64,000 bases of DNA from Candidatus Cloacimonadales bacterium (GTDB lineage Bacteria > Cloacimonadota > Cloacimonadia > Cloacimonadales > JAFGVF01). How positions within the stretch are numbered: position 1 is the first letter of the stretch; every line of letters begins with the position of its first letter. The notes beneath the pieces were generated by a model. It was given only the letters and a program-made list of their open reading frames with translations, had not been told where the DNA came from and made no database searches. Both the position numbers and the translations under genes were made by a program. The stretch lies in NCBI GenBank assembly GCA_963678315.1, contig OY782781.1, positions 2,176,001 through 2,240,000 of the forward strand. Direction: 5' to 3'. Of this stretch, positions 10,731 to 18,588 are shown one piece after another.

Positions 10731-11172
10731 GTTTGATGGTTTTAGAATCATCTCAATAACTGATGGTATAGTAGATGGTTATGTAGTTCCAGATGCAACA
10801 GTTGAGTATCAGCCTGAAATCAAATACAGGATAGAAAAGAAGAATGCTTTTGATCCAACTATCATTATTAAAAGAGATCCTTATCATGATGACCAGATTG
10901 AATGCGAAGCTATACTATTACCAACTGAATACAACACTCTATGTAGTCATTTAACAACTGCTGATCAACTATTTATAGAGTTTGATACAGCAAGCCAAAC
11001 TTTACAATTTCCAGTTACAGTCGATAAACTACCAAAACTTGAAGATGAAACCAGATCATTTAAAAGCCAAGTTAAATTCACACTTAGTTCAATCTATACC
11101 TCTCTTGAATTCATAGACTTTGATAATGTCTTTGGCTATGGAAATGACTGGGGTGAGAACTGGGGATTTTAG
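10723..11172 (+). CDS. Phage tail-region protein
   Basis: 149 aa, overlaps the previous ORF, ends GYGNDWGENWGF; lies within the tail-like cluster. Confidence 0.5.
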   Translation: MFKFDGFRIISITDGIVDGYVVPDATVEYQPEIKYRIEKKNAFDPTIIIKRDPYHDDQIECEAILLPTEYNTLCSHLTTADQLFIEFDTASQTLQFPVTVDKLPKLEDETRSFKSQVKFTLSSIYTSLEFIDFDNVFGYGNDWGENWGF

Positions 11173-11181
11173 GAGAAAAAT

Positions 11182-12006
11182 ATGTCAGAAACAAATAACT
11201 ATAATTTATATAAACCTGCCTCTGGTGAATCAGGATGGGCTCAGGCACTTAATAGCAACTTTGATATCATAGATACTCAAATTAAATCAGCTCATGATAG
11301 TATTTCAAACCATACTAGTTCAGGAAGTAACAAGCACACAGCATCACAGATTAGCACAGCTGATGGCTCTAATGTTGAATCTAAACTATCAACACTATTT
11401 TCAAGTAAAGCAGACACGAGTCACACTCATGATTATGCAAATTCAAATCATGCTCATAGTACAGATAGTGTTAAGAATAACCAGGGAACTTCACTTACAT
11501 CTATCTTAGGGCAGTTAGATTCAAAGGTAGGAAGTATTGAAAATACGCTAAAGTTTCTATCACCAAACCTTGATAAAGTAACAGTATCAGCATTCATAAC
11601 TAATCAAGCTAGTGGTATTAGAATCATGTGTAGCCTTGTGCCATTAATAAACGTACATAATTGGAATATACGTGTTATAAAAGCAGGTAGAACCTTAGCT
11701 GAAGCAACTAGTGCTAGTTCTTATATTTTTATACATAAGGATTCATTAGAGGGCATATCTGATGGTGAAACTGTTGAAGTAGTTGTTACTGCCTTATCAG
11801 GTCAAAGCAGTCAGACAGCAGTTTATAGCCACAAGTTTATGCATATTAATACACATATAGAAGAACGCTTAGACAGTGTAGAACATCAACTTACTATCGG
11901 AAATATCATAGATGCATTTGCTCAAGATGCTGATGCCTTGCAAGCACTTGCCAATGTTCTTCATTCATCAAACACCTTAGCACAGAAAGTAGCAGAGTTA
12001 AGATAA
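11182..12006 (+). CDS. Phage tail fibre-like protein
   Basis: N-terminal YNLYKPASGESGWAQALNSNFDIID and KADTSHTHDYANSNHAH His-repeat motifs typical of tail fibres; AGGAG RBS. Confidence 0.65.
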   Translation: MSETNNYNLYKPASGESGWAQALNSNFDIIDTQIKSAHDSISNHTSSGSNKHTASQISTADGSNVESKLSTLFSSKADTSHTHDYANSNHAHSTDSVKNNQGTSLTSILGQLDSKVGSIENTLKFLSPNLDKVTVSAFITNQASGIRIMCSLVPLINVHNWNIRVIKAGRTLAEATSASSYIFIHKDSLEGISDGETVEVVVTALSGQSSQTAVYSHKFMHINTHIEERLDSVEHQLTIGNIIDAFAQDADALQALANVLHSSNTLAQKVAELR

Positions 12007-12248
12007 TGAATTCAATTAGAGAAAACACCCTTTTTGATTTAATTAACAGAAAGACAAAACCAACCATCTCAACAGATAAGAATATAGCCTTTATAAAGCC
12101 TGTCTATTCAACTGTTGATGAGAAAGAAGATTTAGGAATCCAGGACCAGAACCTTATTCTTTCAGGAGAAGAGTTTCCAAGCTCTGCGAGAGATGGTCAA
12201 ATATTCATAAAGAACGGAAAAACATATATTTATAAGGAGAACCAATGA
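12006..12248 (+). CDS. Small phage tail-associated protein
   Basis: 80 aa, translationally coupled; ends FPSSARDGQIFIKNGKTYIYK, similar to the end of the 12408 ORF. Confidence 0.55.
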   Translation: MNSIRENTLFDLINRKTKPTISTDKNIAFIKPVYSTVDEKEDLGIQDQNLILSGEEFPSSARDGQIFIKNGKTYIYKENQ

Positions 12249-12406
12249 CTTTTAAAGAGTTACTTCAAACACAGAAATTAGAGCTTACCCAGGAACATGA
12301 AAAGCTAAGAAGAGTTATCAACGATTCAAATCAAAGACTTCTTAAAACTGAAGGAGCCCTACTTATGATACAACACCTTGAAAAGCAAACATTAGAAGAG
12401 AAATAG
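12245..12406 (+). CDS. Small coiled-coil protein (53 aa, absent from the ORF track)
   Basis: AAGGAG RBS, ATGA overlap with the previous gene; MTFKELLQTQKLELTQEHEKLRRVINDSNQRLLKTEGALLMIQHLEKQTLEEK* fills the gap between neighbours. Confidence 0.7.
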   Translation: MTFKELLQTQKLELTQEHEKLRRVINDSNQRLLKTEGALLMIQHLEKQTLEEK

Positions 12407-12407
12407 T

Positions 12408-12980
12408 ATGAGTGGTGTATGGAGAGAAATACTTGATTCAGCCAAGCTTGGAGTTGCAGGAGGTATAGCTCAATTAGATGGTTCGGGATTGCTTAAAGAT
12501 ACTCAAGTTCCATCTATCCCCTCAACTAAGATTACAGGATTGATTCCAGCCAATAGCATACCTAATATTGATGCATCTAAAATCATATCAGGAGTTCTTG
12601 GAACTAGTAGAATACCAAGTCTAGACGCATCAAAGATAACTTCAGGATCATTCTTATCAAGCAGAATACCGACACTAGAGCAAAGCAAAATTAATGGTTT
12701 ATCTACAGCTCTTAATAGTAAAGTTAACACTTCAAGAAAGATAAATGGCAAAGCATTAACAGCAGATATATCGATAGATAAAGGAGATGTAGGGTTAACT
12801 AATGCAGAGAATAAATCCTCTGCTACCATAAGATCTGAAATATCACTGACTAACATAATTGATACAGGAATCGATACTTCCTCAATTATAAAGCAAGTTA
12901 CTCAACTACCTGCAAGTGGAAATGATGGTCAGATGGTTAAGCTTAATGGCTCGATTTACGTGTGGAAGGATACAGTTTAA
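12408..12980 (+). CDS. Phage tail fibre-repeat protein
   Basis: GVAGGIAQLDGSG, repeated IPxLDASKIxSG units, RKINGKALTADISIDKGDVGL and NKSSATIRSE fibre motifs. Confidence 0.7.
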   Translation: MSGVWREILDSAKLGVAGGIAQLDGSGLLKDTQVPSIPSTKITGLIPANSIPNIDASKIISGVLGTSRIPSLDASKITSGSFLSSRIPTLEQSKINGLSTALNSKVNTSRKINGKALTADISIDKGDVGLTNAENKSSATIRSEISLTNIIDTGIDTSSIIKQVTQLPASGNDGQMVKLNGSIYVWKDTV

Positions 12981-13636
12981 TGTGGGAAAAGATAGTTCAA
13001 AATAGAGAGCCTAAAGATATTTATAGTGATGAATTACAGTCTTATGATTATACTTTAGGAGAGGCTGTTCCTTCAAATCCTGATTTTATTCATACTAATG
13101 GAGGATTAGTTTTAACTATAAAAGTGCCTGTCTTGTTAGTAAATTGGGAAACTGTCTTCCAGGATAAAGAGAATCCTCTCTTTCAGATATACAAGTATCT
13201 ACCCAAAGAGATAGATAAAAGTGAGCTTTACCATGAAGAGTTGGTTAAAGATGCTGTTGCTGGACCTAATGAAATAGACTGTAACATCTATTTAACTCCA
13301 GGAAGATATTATTTTAAGTTGTCAAACTGTAAAGTGGCATCATGCCCTACTACCTCATTTATACCTGAGAATAGTTTTATTATGCTTAATGATTGTCATG
13401 ATAAGAGTGATATTCCTAACTGGATTCAATACCCGATTAGTACTATTTGGCTAGCTTTTTATGGCTTAGAGTTTAGGATTAGAAAAGCTGATTTATACTT
13501 AGGATTTGAACCTTCAAAGCTACCAGACCACCTACTACTAGAGGGTGCTTTTTATCATTCTATTGATCAAGATGGAGCTATTAGGACCTACATATATCAC
13601 GATAAGCAACAGTTTATTGAAGGTCAGAAAATTTAG
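12980..13636 (+). CDS. Phage hypothetical protein (last gene of the tail module)
   Basis: TAATG coupling gives ATG at 12980 after an AAGGA RBS (ORF track starts at GTG 12962). Confidence 0.55.
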   Translation: MWEKIVQNREPKDIYSDELQSYDYTLGEAVPSNPDFIHTNGGLVLTIKVPVLLVNWETVFQDKENPLFQIYKYLPKEIDKSELYHEELVKDAVAGPNEIDCNIYLTPGRYYFKLSNCKVASCPTTSFIPENSFIMLNDCHDKSDIPNWIQYPISTIWLAFYGLEFRIRKADLYLGFEPSKLPDHLLLEGAFYHSIDQDGAIRTYIYHDKQQFIEGQKI

Positions 13637-13637
13637 C

Positions 13638-13676
13638 AAAAAAAAATAAGCCCATCGTTTAAAGCTGATGGGCTTT
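13638..13676. terminator. Bidirectional intrinsic terminator
   Basis: A-run, then AAGCCCATC…GATGGGCTT, between convergent genes. Confidence 0.7.
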
Positions 13677-13681
13677 ATAAT

Positions 13682-14050
13682 TTACCAAGTTCTAACCTTA
13701 TAAGTAACATCATTATATTCAAATTGCTCTAAATCAATCTTAGCAAGTTTAGCTATCTTATCAAACAACTGACCTAGTTCATCACGTTCACCAGTTTCAA
13801 TTAAGGTCTGTCCAGTCATCCCATCAAGATAATTAAAATCTATTACAGCTTTTTCAATAAGTTTAATTTTAAGATCTTGTTTAGCTCTTAAGCCAGCCTT
13901 AGCTAAGTTACTAATTAAGGTATCCATAATTTCAACTGCTCCATCACAGTTGGCTTTGCTGTATTGAGTCATGCCATCATTAAAATATCCTCTCCAAGTT
14001 TTAAAAGGGTAGCTTGTCTTTACCTGTTCTAATCTCTCTTTATAAGTCAT
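13682..14050 (-). CDS. Conserved hypothetical protein (122 aa), island right-end marker, copy 1
   Basis: AAGGAG RBS before ATG 14050; ~76% identical (hand count) to 29114-29482; IETGERDEL motif. Confidence 0.8.
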   Translation of the reverse strand: MTYKERLEQVKTSYPFKTWRGYFNDGMTQYSKANCDGAVEIMDTLISNLAKAGLRAKQDLKIKLIEKAVIDFNYLDGMTGQTLIETGERDELGQLFDKIAKLAKIDLEQFEYNDVTYKVRTW

Positions 14051-14186
14051 CGTTAACTCCTTTAACTTCATTAATTTATATCTCTATATTAATGGTTTAA
14101 TGAAAGAAGTCAAGTCAAATAGACACTATTTTTAATATTTAACTACATATTATACAACAAGTTAGAGCTTATTTAAGTATAAAAAG

Positions 14187-14493
14187 TGACAGTACTTTTT
14201 CCTTAATCAAAAAATGGAAATGACGCTGTCACAAATTGAAGTAGCATATAATAGTCTAACTAACTAATAGCTATAAAGTTAAAGCTAAATTGATATAGTT
14301 ATACAGAACTGACAGAGTTTTTTCCTTAATCGTTATTTCAAAACAGAAAATGGAAACTATGCTGTCATTTGCAATTTTGGTTAGTAAAGTATGTTAAATG
14401 TTTAATATGTGGGGTTTTAACTGGCATAGAAGTCTATTCATATTGTTGAACTAAGGAAATCACGCTGGCACAACAAGGAAAAAACGCCTGTCA
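14187..14493. repeat. Array of six TGACAG-N5-TTTCC sites (two inverted pairs and one direct pair)
   Basis: Sites at 14187(+), 14216(-), 14310(+), 14352(-), 14455(-) and 14477(-). Confidence 0.85.
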
Positions 14494-14592
14494 CTTTATA
14501 GTATCCTACTGGGTTCATAATTATATCCTTTATAATTTAATTTGATTTATCATCAGCTATTATTATTTCGGATTTAAGTAAAATTGCAAGTA

Positions 14593-15159
14593 TTATTTGG
14601 ATTTATATTCTCTGAAAAGCAAAGAATAAACAGATTCATCCAGATAGCCCTTTCCTTCTACAAAAACATATTCTCTCAATGTACCTTCGTAAGTAAAAGC
14701 AAACTTCTCTGCAATCTTTACTGAAGCAAGATTCCTAGGATCACATCTTAGTTCTAATCTATTTATATTAAGAACATTGAAAGCATATTCTATTATTAAG
14801 CTTGTGAACTCTTTAGCATAACCTTTACCCCACTCTTCTTTGATTAAATCAGCTCCCAGTTCAATTGAGTTTGAACCTTTATTCCAATAGTGAAGTGCAA
14901 CCGTCCCTATTAGCTTATTAGGTTTATTTTTTAAGAATACCCCCCATCTAAAAGCATTACTTTCTTGATAGCTAGCATTCCATCTATTGATAAGATTATC
15001 AGCTTCTGCAATAATCTTTATAGCATTCCTTTGCATATACTTCATTGCTTCAATATCGGAATATATTGAAAATATAGAATGGCTATCTTCTAAAGTTATT
15101 CTTTTCAAAAGCAGTCTATTACTTTCTAATATGGGGAAATTAGTTAATTTTTGATTCAT
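14593..15159 (-). CDS. GNAT acetyltransferase, RimJ/RimL family
   Basis: LESNRLLLKR, ELGADL..EEWGKGYA and NLASVKIAEKFAFTYEGTLRE motifs. Confidence 0.9.
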   Translation of the reverse strand: MNQKLTNFPILESNRLLLKRITLEDSHSIFSIYSDIEAMKYMQRNAIKIIAEADNLINRWNASYQESNAFRWGVFLKNKPNKLIGTVALHYWNKGSNSIELGADLIKEEWGKGYAKEFTSLIIEYAFNVLNINRLELRCDPRNLASVKIAEKFAFTYEGTLREYVFVEGKGYLDESVYSLLFREYKSK

Positions 15160-15181
15160 ATTTATACCTTTTTCTGAATAT

Positions 15182-15207
15182 AAAAAAGCCGACTGTTAAA
15201 GTCGGCT
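15182..15207 (-). terminator. Terminator of the tRNA operon
   Basis: Minus strand AGCCGAC-TTTAACA-GTCGGCT followed by TTTTT, just after the last tRNA. Confidence 0.8.
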
Positions 15208-15212
15208 AAATA

Positions 15213-15287
15213 TGGAGCGGGAAATGGGGTTCGAACCCACGACCCCAACGTTGGCAACGTTGTGCTCTACCACTGAGCTACTCCCGC
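15213..15287 (-). tRNA. tRNA-Gly(GCC)
   Basis: Reverse complement GCGGGAGTAGCTCAGTGGTAGAGC…TTGCCAA…GTTCGAACCC…TCCA. Confidence 0.97.
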
Positions 15288-15301
15288 TTCTTAAAAATGT
15301 A

Positions 15302-15388
15302 TGGTACCAGAGGCCGGACTTGAACCGGCACGGTATTGCTACCGAGGGATTTTAAGTCCCTTGTGTCTACCATTTCCACCACTCCGGC
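15302..15388 (-). tRNA. tRNA-Leu(TAA)
   Basis: Reverse complement GCCGGAGTGGTGGAAATGGTAGACAC…CTTAAAA…long variable arm…GTTCAAGTCC…ACCA. Confidence 0.97.
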
Positions 15389-15449
15389 AAAGAGACTAAA
15401 TCGGAAATATGACAAGTTTAAAACTATAAAGTCAAATAATGTAAAGATA

Positions 15450-15524
15450 TGGAGCGGGAAATGGGGTTCGAACCCACGACCCCAACGTTGGCAACGTTGT
15501 GCTCTACCACTGAGCTACTCCCGC
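15450..15524 (-). tRNA. tRNA-Gly(GCC)
   Basis: Identical to 15213-15287. Confidence 0.97.
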
Positions 15525-15538
15525 TTCTTAGAAATGTA

Positions 15539-15625
15539 TGGTACCAGAGGCCGGACTTGAACCGGCACGGTATTGCTACCGAGGGATTTTAAGTCCCTTG
15601 TGTCTACCATTTCCACCACTCCGGC
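15539..15625 (-). tRNA. tRNA-Leu(TAA)
   Basis: Identical to 15302-15388. Confidence 0.97.
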
Positions 15626-15644
15626 AAAAATTCAAAACAAATAA

Positions 15645-15718
15645 TGGAGGCGACACCCAGATTCGAACTGGGGATGGAGATTTTGCAGACCTCTGCCTTA
15701 CCACTTGGCGATGTCGCC
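15645..15718 (-). tRNA. tRNA-Cys(GCA)
   Basis: Reverse complement GGCGACATCGCCAAGTGGTAAGGC…CTGCAAA…GTTCGAATCT…TCCA. Confidence 0.97.
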
Positions 15719-15775
15719 ATTATTTATTATCTTCACATTATCACACTATATACTTTTATCACATGGTTTAATAAA

Positions 15776-15850
15776 TGGAGCGGGAAATGGGGTTCGAACC
15801 CACGACCCCAACGTTGGCAACGTTGTGCTCTACCACTGAGCTACTCCCGC
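15776..15850 (-). tRNA. tRNA-Gly(GCC)
   Basis: Identical to the other two Gly copies; first gene of the operon. Confidence 0.97.
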
Positions 15851-15867
15851 TCAACCATGTGAGAGGA

Positions 15868-15896
15868 TAAATAATATAGGGCTGTTATCCTGTCAA
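15868..15896 (-). promoter_or_regulatory. Putative sigma-70 promoter of the tRNA operon
   Basis: Perfect TTGACA at 15896-15891 followed by an AT-rich TATATTATTTAT -10 region. Confidence 0.55.
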
Positions 15897-16044
15897 TACC
15901 TTTTTTATAGTATTTTATGTTTGGATACTGGAATAATAATCCCATATATTCTATTTGCAATAAATTAGGCTTATTTAAAAACTTTTAAAATATTTAATTA
16001 AATATTAACAATAGTGGTATTTTACCACTTGTGCATAATGATAA

Positions 16045-16160
16045 ATTCGTTAGTGACTATTTATGAATATCACACACCTCATAGTATCAAGCGTTTAGAT
16101 GAACTTAAATTTGGTTCGACTTCGGTTAAACACTATAAAACCAGGGCAACTGTAATATGA
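16045..16160 (+). pseudogene. 3' remnant of the 197-622 phage gene
   Basis: AAGCGTTTAGATGAACTTAA…AGGGCAACTGTAATATGA matches 551-622. Confidence 0.75.
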
Positions 16161-16621
16161 GGGTAGATACTGAAATATTAAAAGCTATCTACTCTGCAAT
16201 AGAGAGTAAACTACACCTTATCGGTAGTGTTATTGAAGGTAAGACCAGAAGGCTTATCCTAGAGAAGAACATCAAAGACAAGGGTGATTTCTATCAAAAC
16301 ACAAGCTATGCTGTAAGCTTTAACAGCTCTTCTATTGACCTTGTAGTAGGATCTAATGTGCCACATGAACAATATGTTCTGGGTGGTAAAGTACCTTCAT
16401 GGACTCCAATCCAACCACTTAAAGATTGGGTTGCTCGTAAAGGTTTAGACTGGGTAGATAAGAAAACAGGTGAACAACTTACAATTGAAAATATTGCCTA
16501 TATGATAAGAGCTAAAATAAAACGTGAGGGTGTTCCTGAACGTAATGTCTTTGCTGAGGTTATCCAAAACCAAGAAAAGTGGATTTTTAGTCAGTTAGAT
16601 TCTATTGAGGTGGTTCTATGA
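16157..16621 (+). CDS. HK97 gp10-like phage protein, copy 2
   Basis: About 9 substitutions in 154 aa relative to 619-1083. Confidence 0.6.
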   Translation: MRVDTEILKAIYSAIESKLHLIGSVIEGKTRRLILEKNIKDKGDFYQNTSYAVSFNSSSIDLVVGSNVPHEQYVLGGKVPSWTPIQPLKDWVARKGLDWVDKKTGEQLTIENIAYMIRAKIKREGVPERNVFAEVIQNQEKWIFSQLDSIEVVL

Positions 16622-16827
16622 CTTTTCAAGACAAACGAATCGCTATTGTAAGAGCACTTGTTGACACAGGTATTTCCATCAAACATATCGCTTTTTCTAA
16701 AGATACTATTCCAAACTCTTTTCCTTCAGCTATTGTAGTTTTAGAAGGTGAAAAAGGGAAAAACAAATCTTCCAAAAGATATTTAGCATTTGAACATGAC
16801 ATCCAAATCATTAAAAGAGTTATTTAG
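16618..16827 (+). pseudogene. Truncated copy of the 1080-1454 phage gene
   Basis: Homology stops at GACATCCAA (16806), after ~63 codons. Confidence 0.8.
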
Positions 16828-16893
16828 TCAAAATTAAGCAACATCTATCCTTTCTAACTATTCGAGGTTAAATATTATGTAAATCAAATTTTA

Positions 16894-18472
16894 CAAGCAT
16901 ACCCCCAAAAAACCTTATAGCCAAAGAGCTAACTAATAGTGAATAAGTATTCTAGAGATATAGTTTGTCAGGTAAAAATTAGATTTACGGCATGTATTTC
17001 AAAAATCAACTTTATGATTAAATTTTAATTTAACTTCCCAGAAAAGGCTAATATTAAGCCATTTTTCGAGGGGATATAAGTAATTGATAAATAATAAAAT
17101 AAATTAAAATATTTATTGAAAAAGAAGAGCTCCTTAAATAAATTGAATTTACTACAAAACAAAAAATAGGGAGCTCTCTAAATATGAAATTAGTAAAAAA
17201 TAGTGTTGTAAAATTGCAAGGGAAATTTTCCAAAAAAGTAAAAAAGTATGCACAAGGATTAAGTCTGCCTGAATATAAAGCATTGAAAGACATAACTAAA
17301 GGCATTATTTCTTCAGGTTCAATAATAGTAAGGCAGATAGCTACTTCTTTACATGAAAGCATTAGTTTAGACAAAGTGTGTGAAAGATTATATAGAAACC
17401 TTAAGAAAGAAAAGCTTGGAAATATAGTTAGTGATAATATATTAAAATCAAACTGTTCAAAAGCTACGAAAGATACCTATTTTATTGTTGATGACTCGGA
17501 TATTGTTAAGCCAAGATCTAATAAATTAGAAGGTCTATCAGTAGTTAGAGATGGATCTACGGGGAAACGTGTTAAAGGTTATCATTTATTCAACATCACT
17601 TCATTAACAGATAATGGTAAATATCATTCGATATTACCTATATGTAGTAAGTTATATAGCAACAAGATAGAGGAAGACACTTCAAAAAACATGCTTGAAG
17701 ATAAAATTATAGATATTACCATTCACAGCAATAACAAAGGAACTTTTGTTTTTGATAGAGGCTATGATAGTCGCAAACTAATAAATTTACTCACCCAAAA
17801 CGAAAACAACTATATACTTCGAAGTACAGGTAGAAGAGATCTCATTGTTGATGATAAAGAAATTGATTTTGTATCGGTGGTTAAGCAAGTTAAACTAAAA
17901 CATAAAGTTATAACTTCTGATAAAACAGTTTTAAGATGTGGAGTAAAAAAAGTTAAGATAAGAACCAATCCTCACAAAAGAAAATACCCAGACACAGTTG
18001 AGGCAAATCTTGTTATTGCAAGATATGGTAAAAAAGGGGGACTATTTTATTTCTTGTGCAATTTTAACGATGATAGTTTAACTGATTATGAGGTTATATT
18101 GAAAACTCTACGAGGATATAGAAAAAGGTGGAAAATTGAAGAGTTTCATAGACATATAAAACAAGAATTTAACTGGGAAAGTGTTCAATTAATGTCTTAT
18201 ATAGGACTAAAAAACATTAATACTATTTTGATGGTTGAGGTAGATATTGTTTATTCTTCGATAAGGTATATTGATGATCTTTTGTACCAATATCCGGAGT
18301 TTGGTAGTCTAAAAAATATAAAGCATACCTATGTGTATTAAAAACTTAGTAGAATAATAAAAAATATATTTAGTAATTCTAAATTAAAGAAAATGGTACC
18401 TCATAAAGGTGAATATCATGATAAGTTACAACTACGAATCAATTTTACTTAAAAAAAATGGGGGTATGCTAA
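16894..18472 (+). mobile_element. IS4-superfamily insertion sequence (~1.58 kb)
   Basis: Terminal inverted repeats AGCATACCCCCA (16896-16907) and TGGGGGTATGCT (18459-18470); flanking 13-bp direct repeat AAATCAAATTTTA at 16881-16893 and 18473-18485. Confidence 0.9.
17184..18341 (+). CDS. DDE transposase (IS4-like), probably shortened by a premature stop
   Basis: FIVDDSD, VFDRGYD and YRKRWKIEEFHRHIKQ (YREK-type) motifs; the frame stays open for 36 more codons to 18452. Confidence 0.88.
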   Translation: MKLVKNSVVKLQGKFSKKVKKYAQGLSLPEYKALKDITKGIISSGSIIVRQIATSLHESISLDKVCERLYRNLKKEKLGNIVSDNILKSNCSKATKDTYFIVDDSDIVKPRSNKLEGLSVVRDGSTGKRVKGYHLFNITSLTDNGKYHSILPICSKLYSNKIEEDTSKNMLEDKIIDITIHSNNKGTFVFDRGYDSRKLINLLTQNENNYILRSTGRRDLIVDDKEIDFVSVVKQVKLKHKVITSDKTVLRCGVKKVKIRTNPHKRKYPDTVEANLVIARYGKKGGLFYFLCNFNDDSLTDYEVILKTLRGYRKRWKIEEFHRHIKQEFNWESVQLMSYIGLKNINTILMVEVDIVYSSIRYIDDLLYQYPEFGSLKNIKHTYVY

Positions 18473-18488
18473 AAATCAAATTTTAATC

Positions 18489-18518
18489 TTGACAGTTACA
18501 ATAATATGTCTTTAGCTT
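18489..18518 (+). promoter_or_regulatory. Putative sigma-70 promoter of cargo operon 2
   Basis: TTGACA at 18489 with TAGCTT 18 bp downstream; lies immediately beyond the IS target duplication. Confidence 0.4.
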
Positions 18519-18588
18519 GTTTCAGTAATGGAAGTATCAAATTAAAGTACCCTCTAATTGTAAAACTTTCATTTTAAAGGTAGTTATT

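Larger units (their letters stand above)
197..14493. mobile_element. Decayed prophage-derived island 1: head-completion genes and truncated portal, secreted-protein cargo, distal tail module, orphan gene and terminal site array
   Basis: Portal-like ORF at 1455, tail/tail-fibre-like ORFs at 10338-13636, and both ends homologous to island 2. The left boundary is uncertain and may extend beyond the window. Confidence 0.7.

Noticed and set aside
14187..14493. Motif arrays as a possible CRISPR array
   Set aside because: Mixed orientations, short degenerate 16-17 bp units, irregular spacing and no cas genes.
15336..15862. Three short + strand ORFs (74, 77 and 72 aa)
   Set aside because: They are antisense translations of the tRNA genes.
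15213..16045. tRNA genes as attachment sites for the two islands
   Set aside because: No partial tRNA 3' duplicate or integrase was seen in the window. Island 2 lies upstream of the tRNA promoter, and island 1 is separated from the tRNA 3' ends by a GNAT gene.
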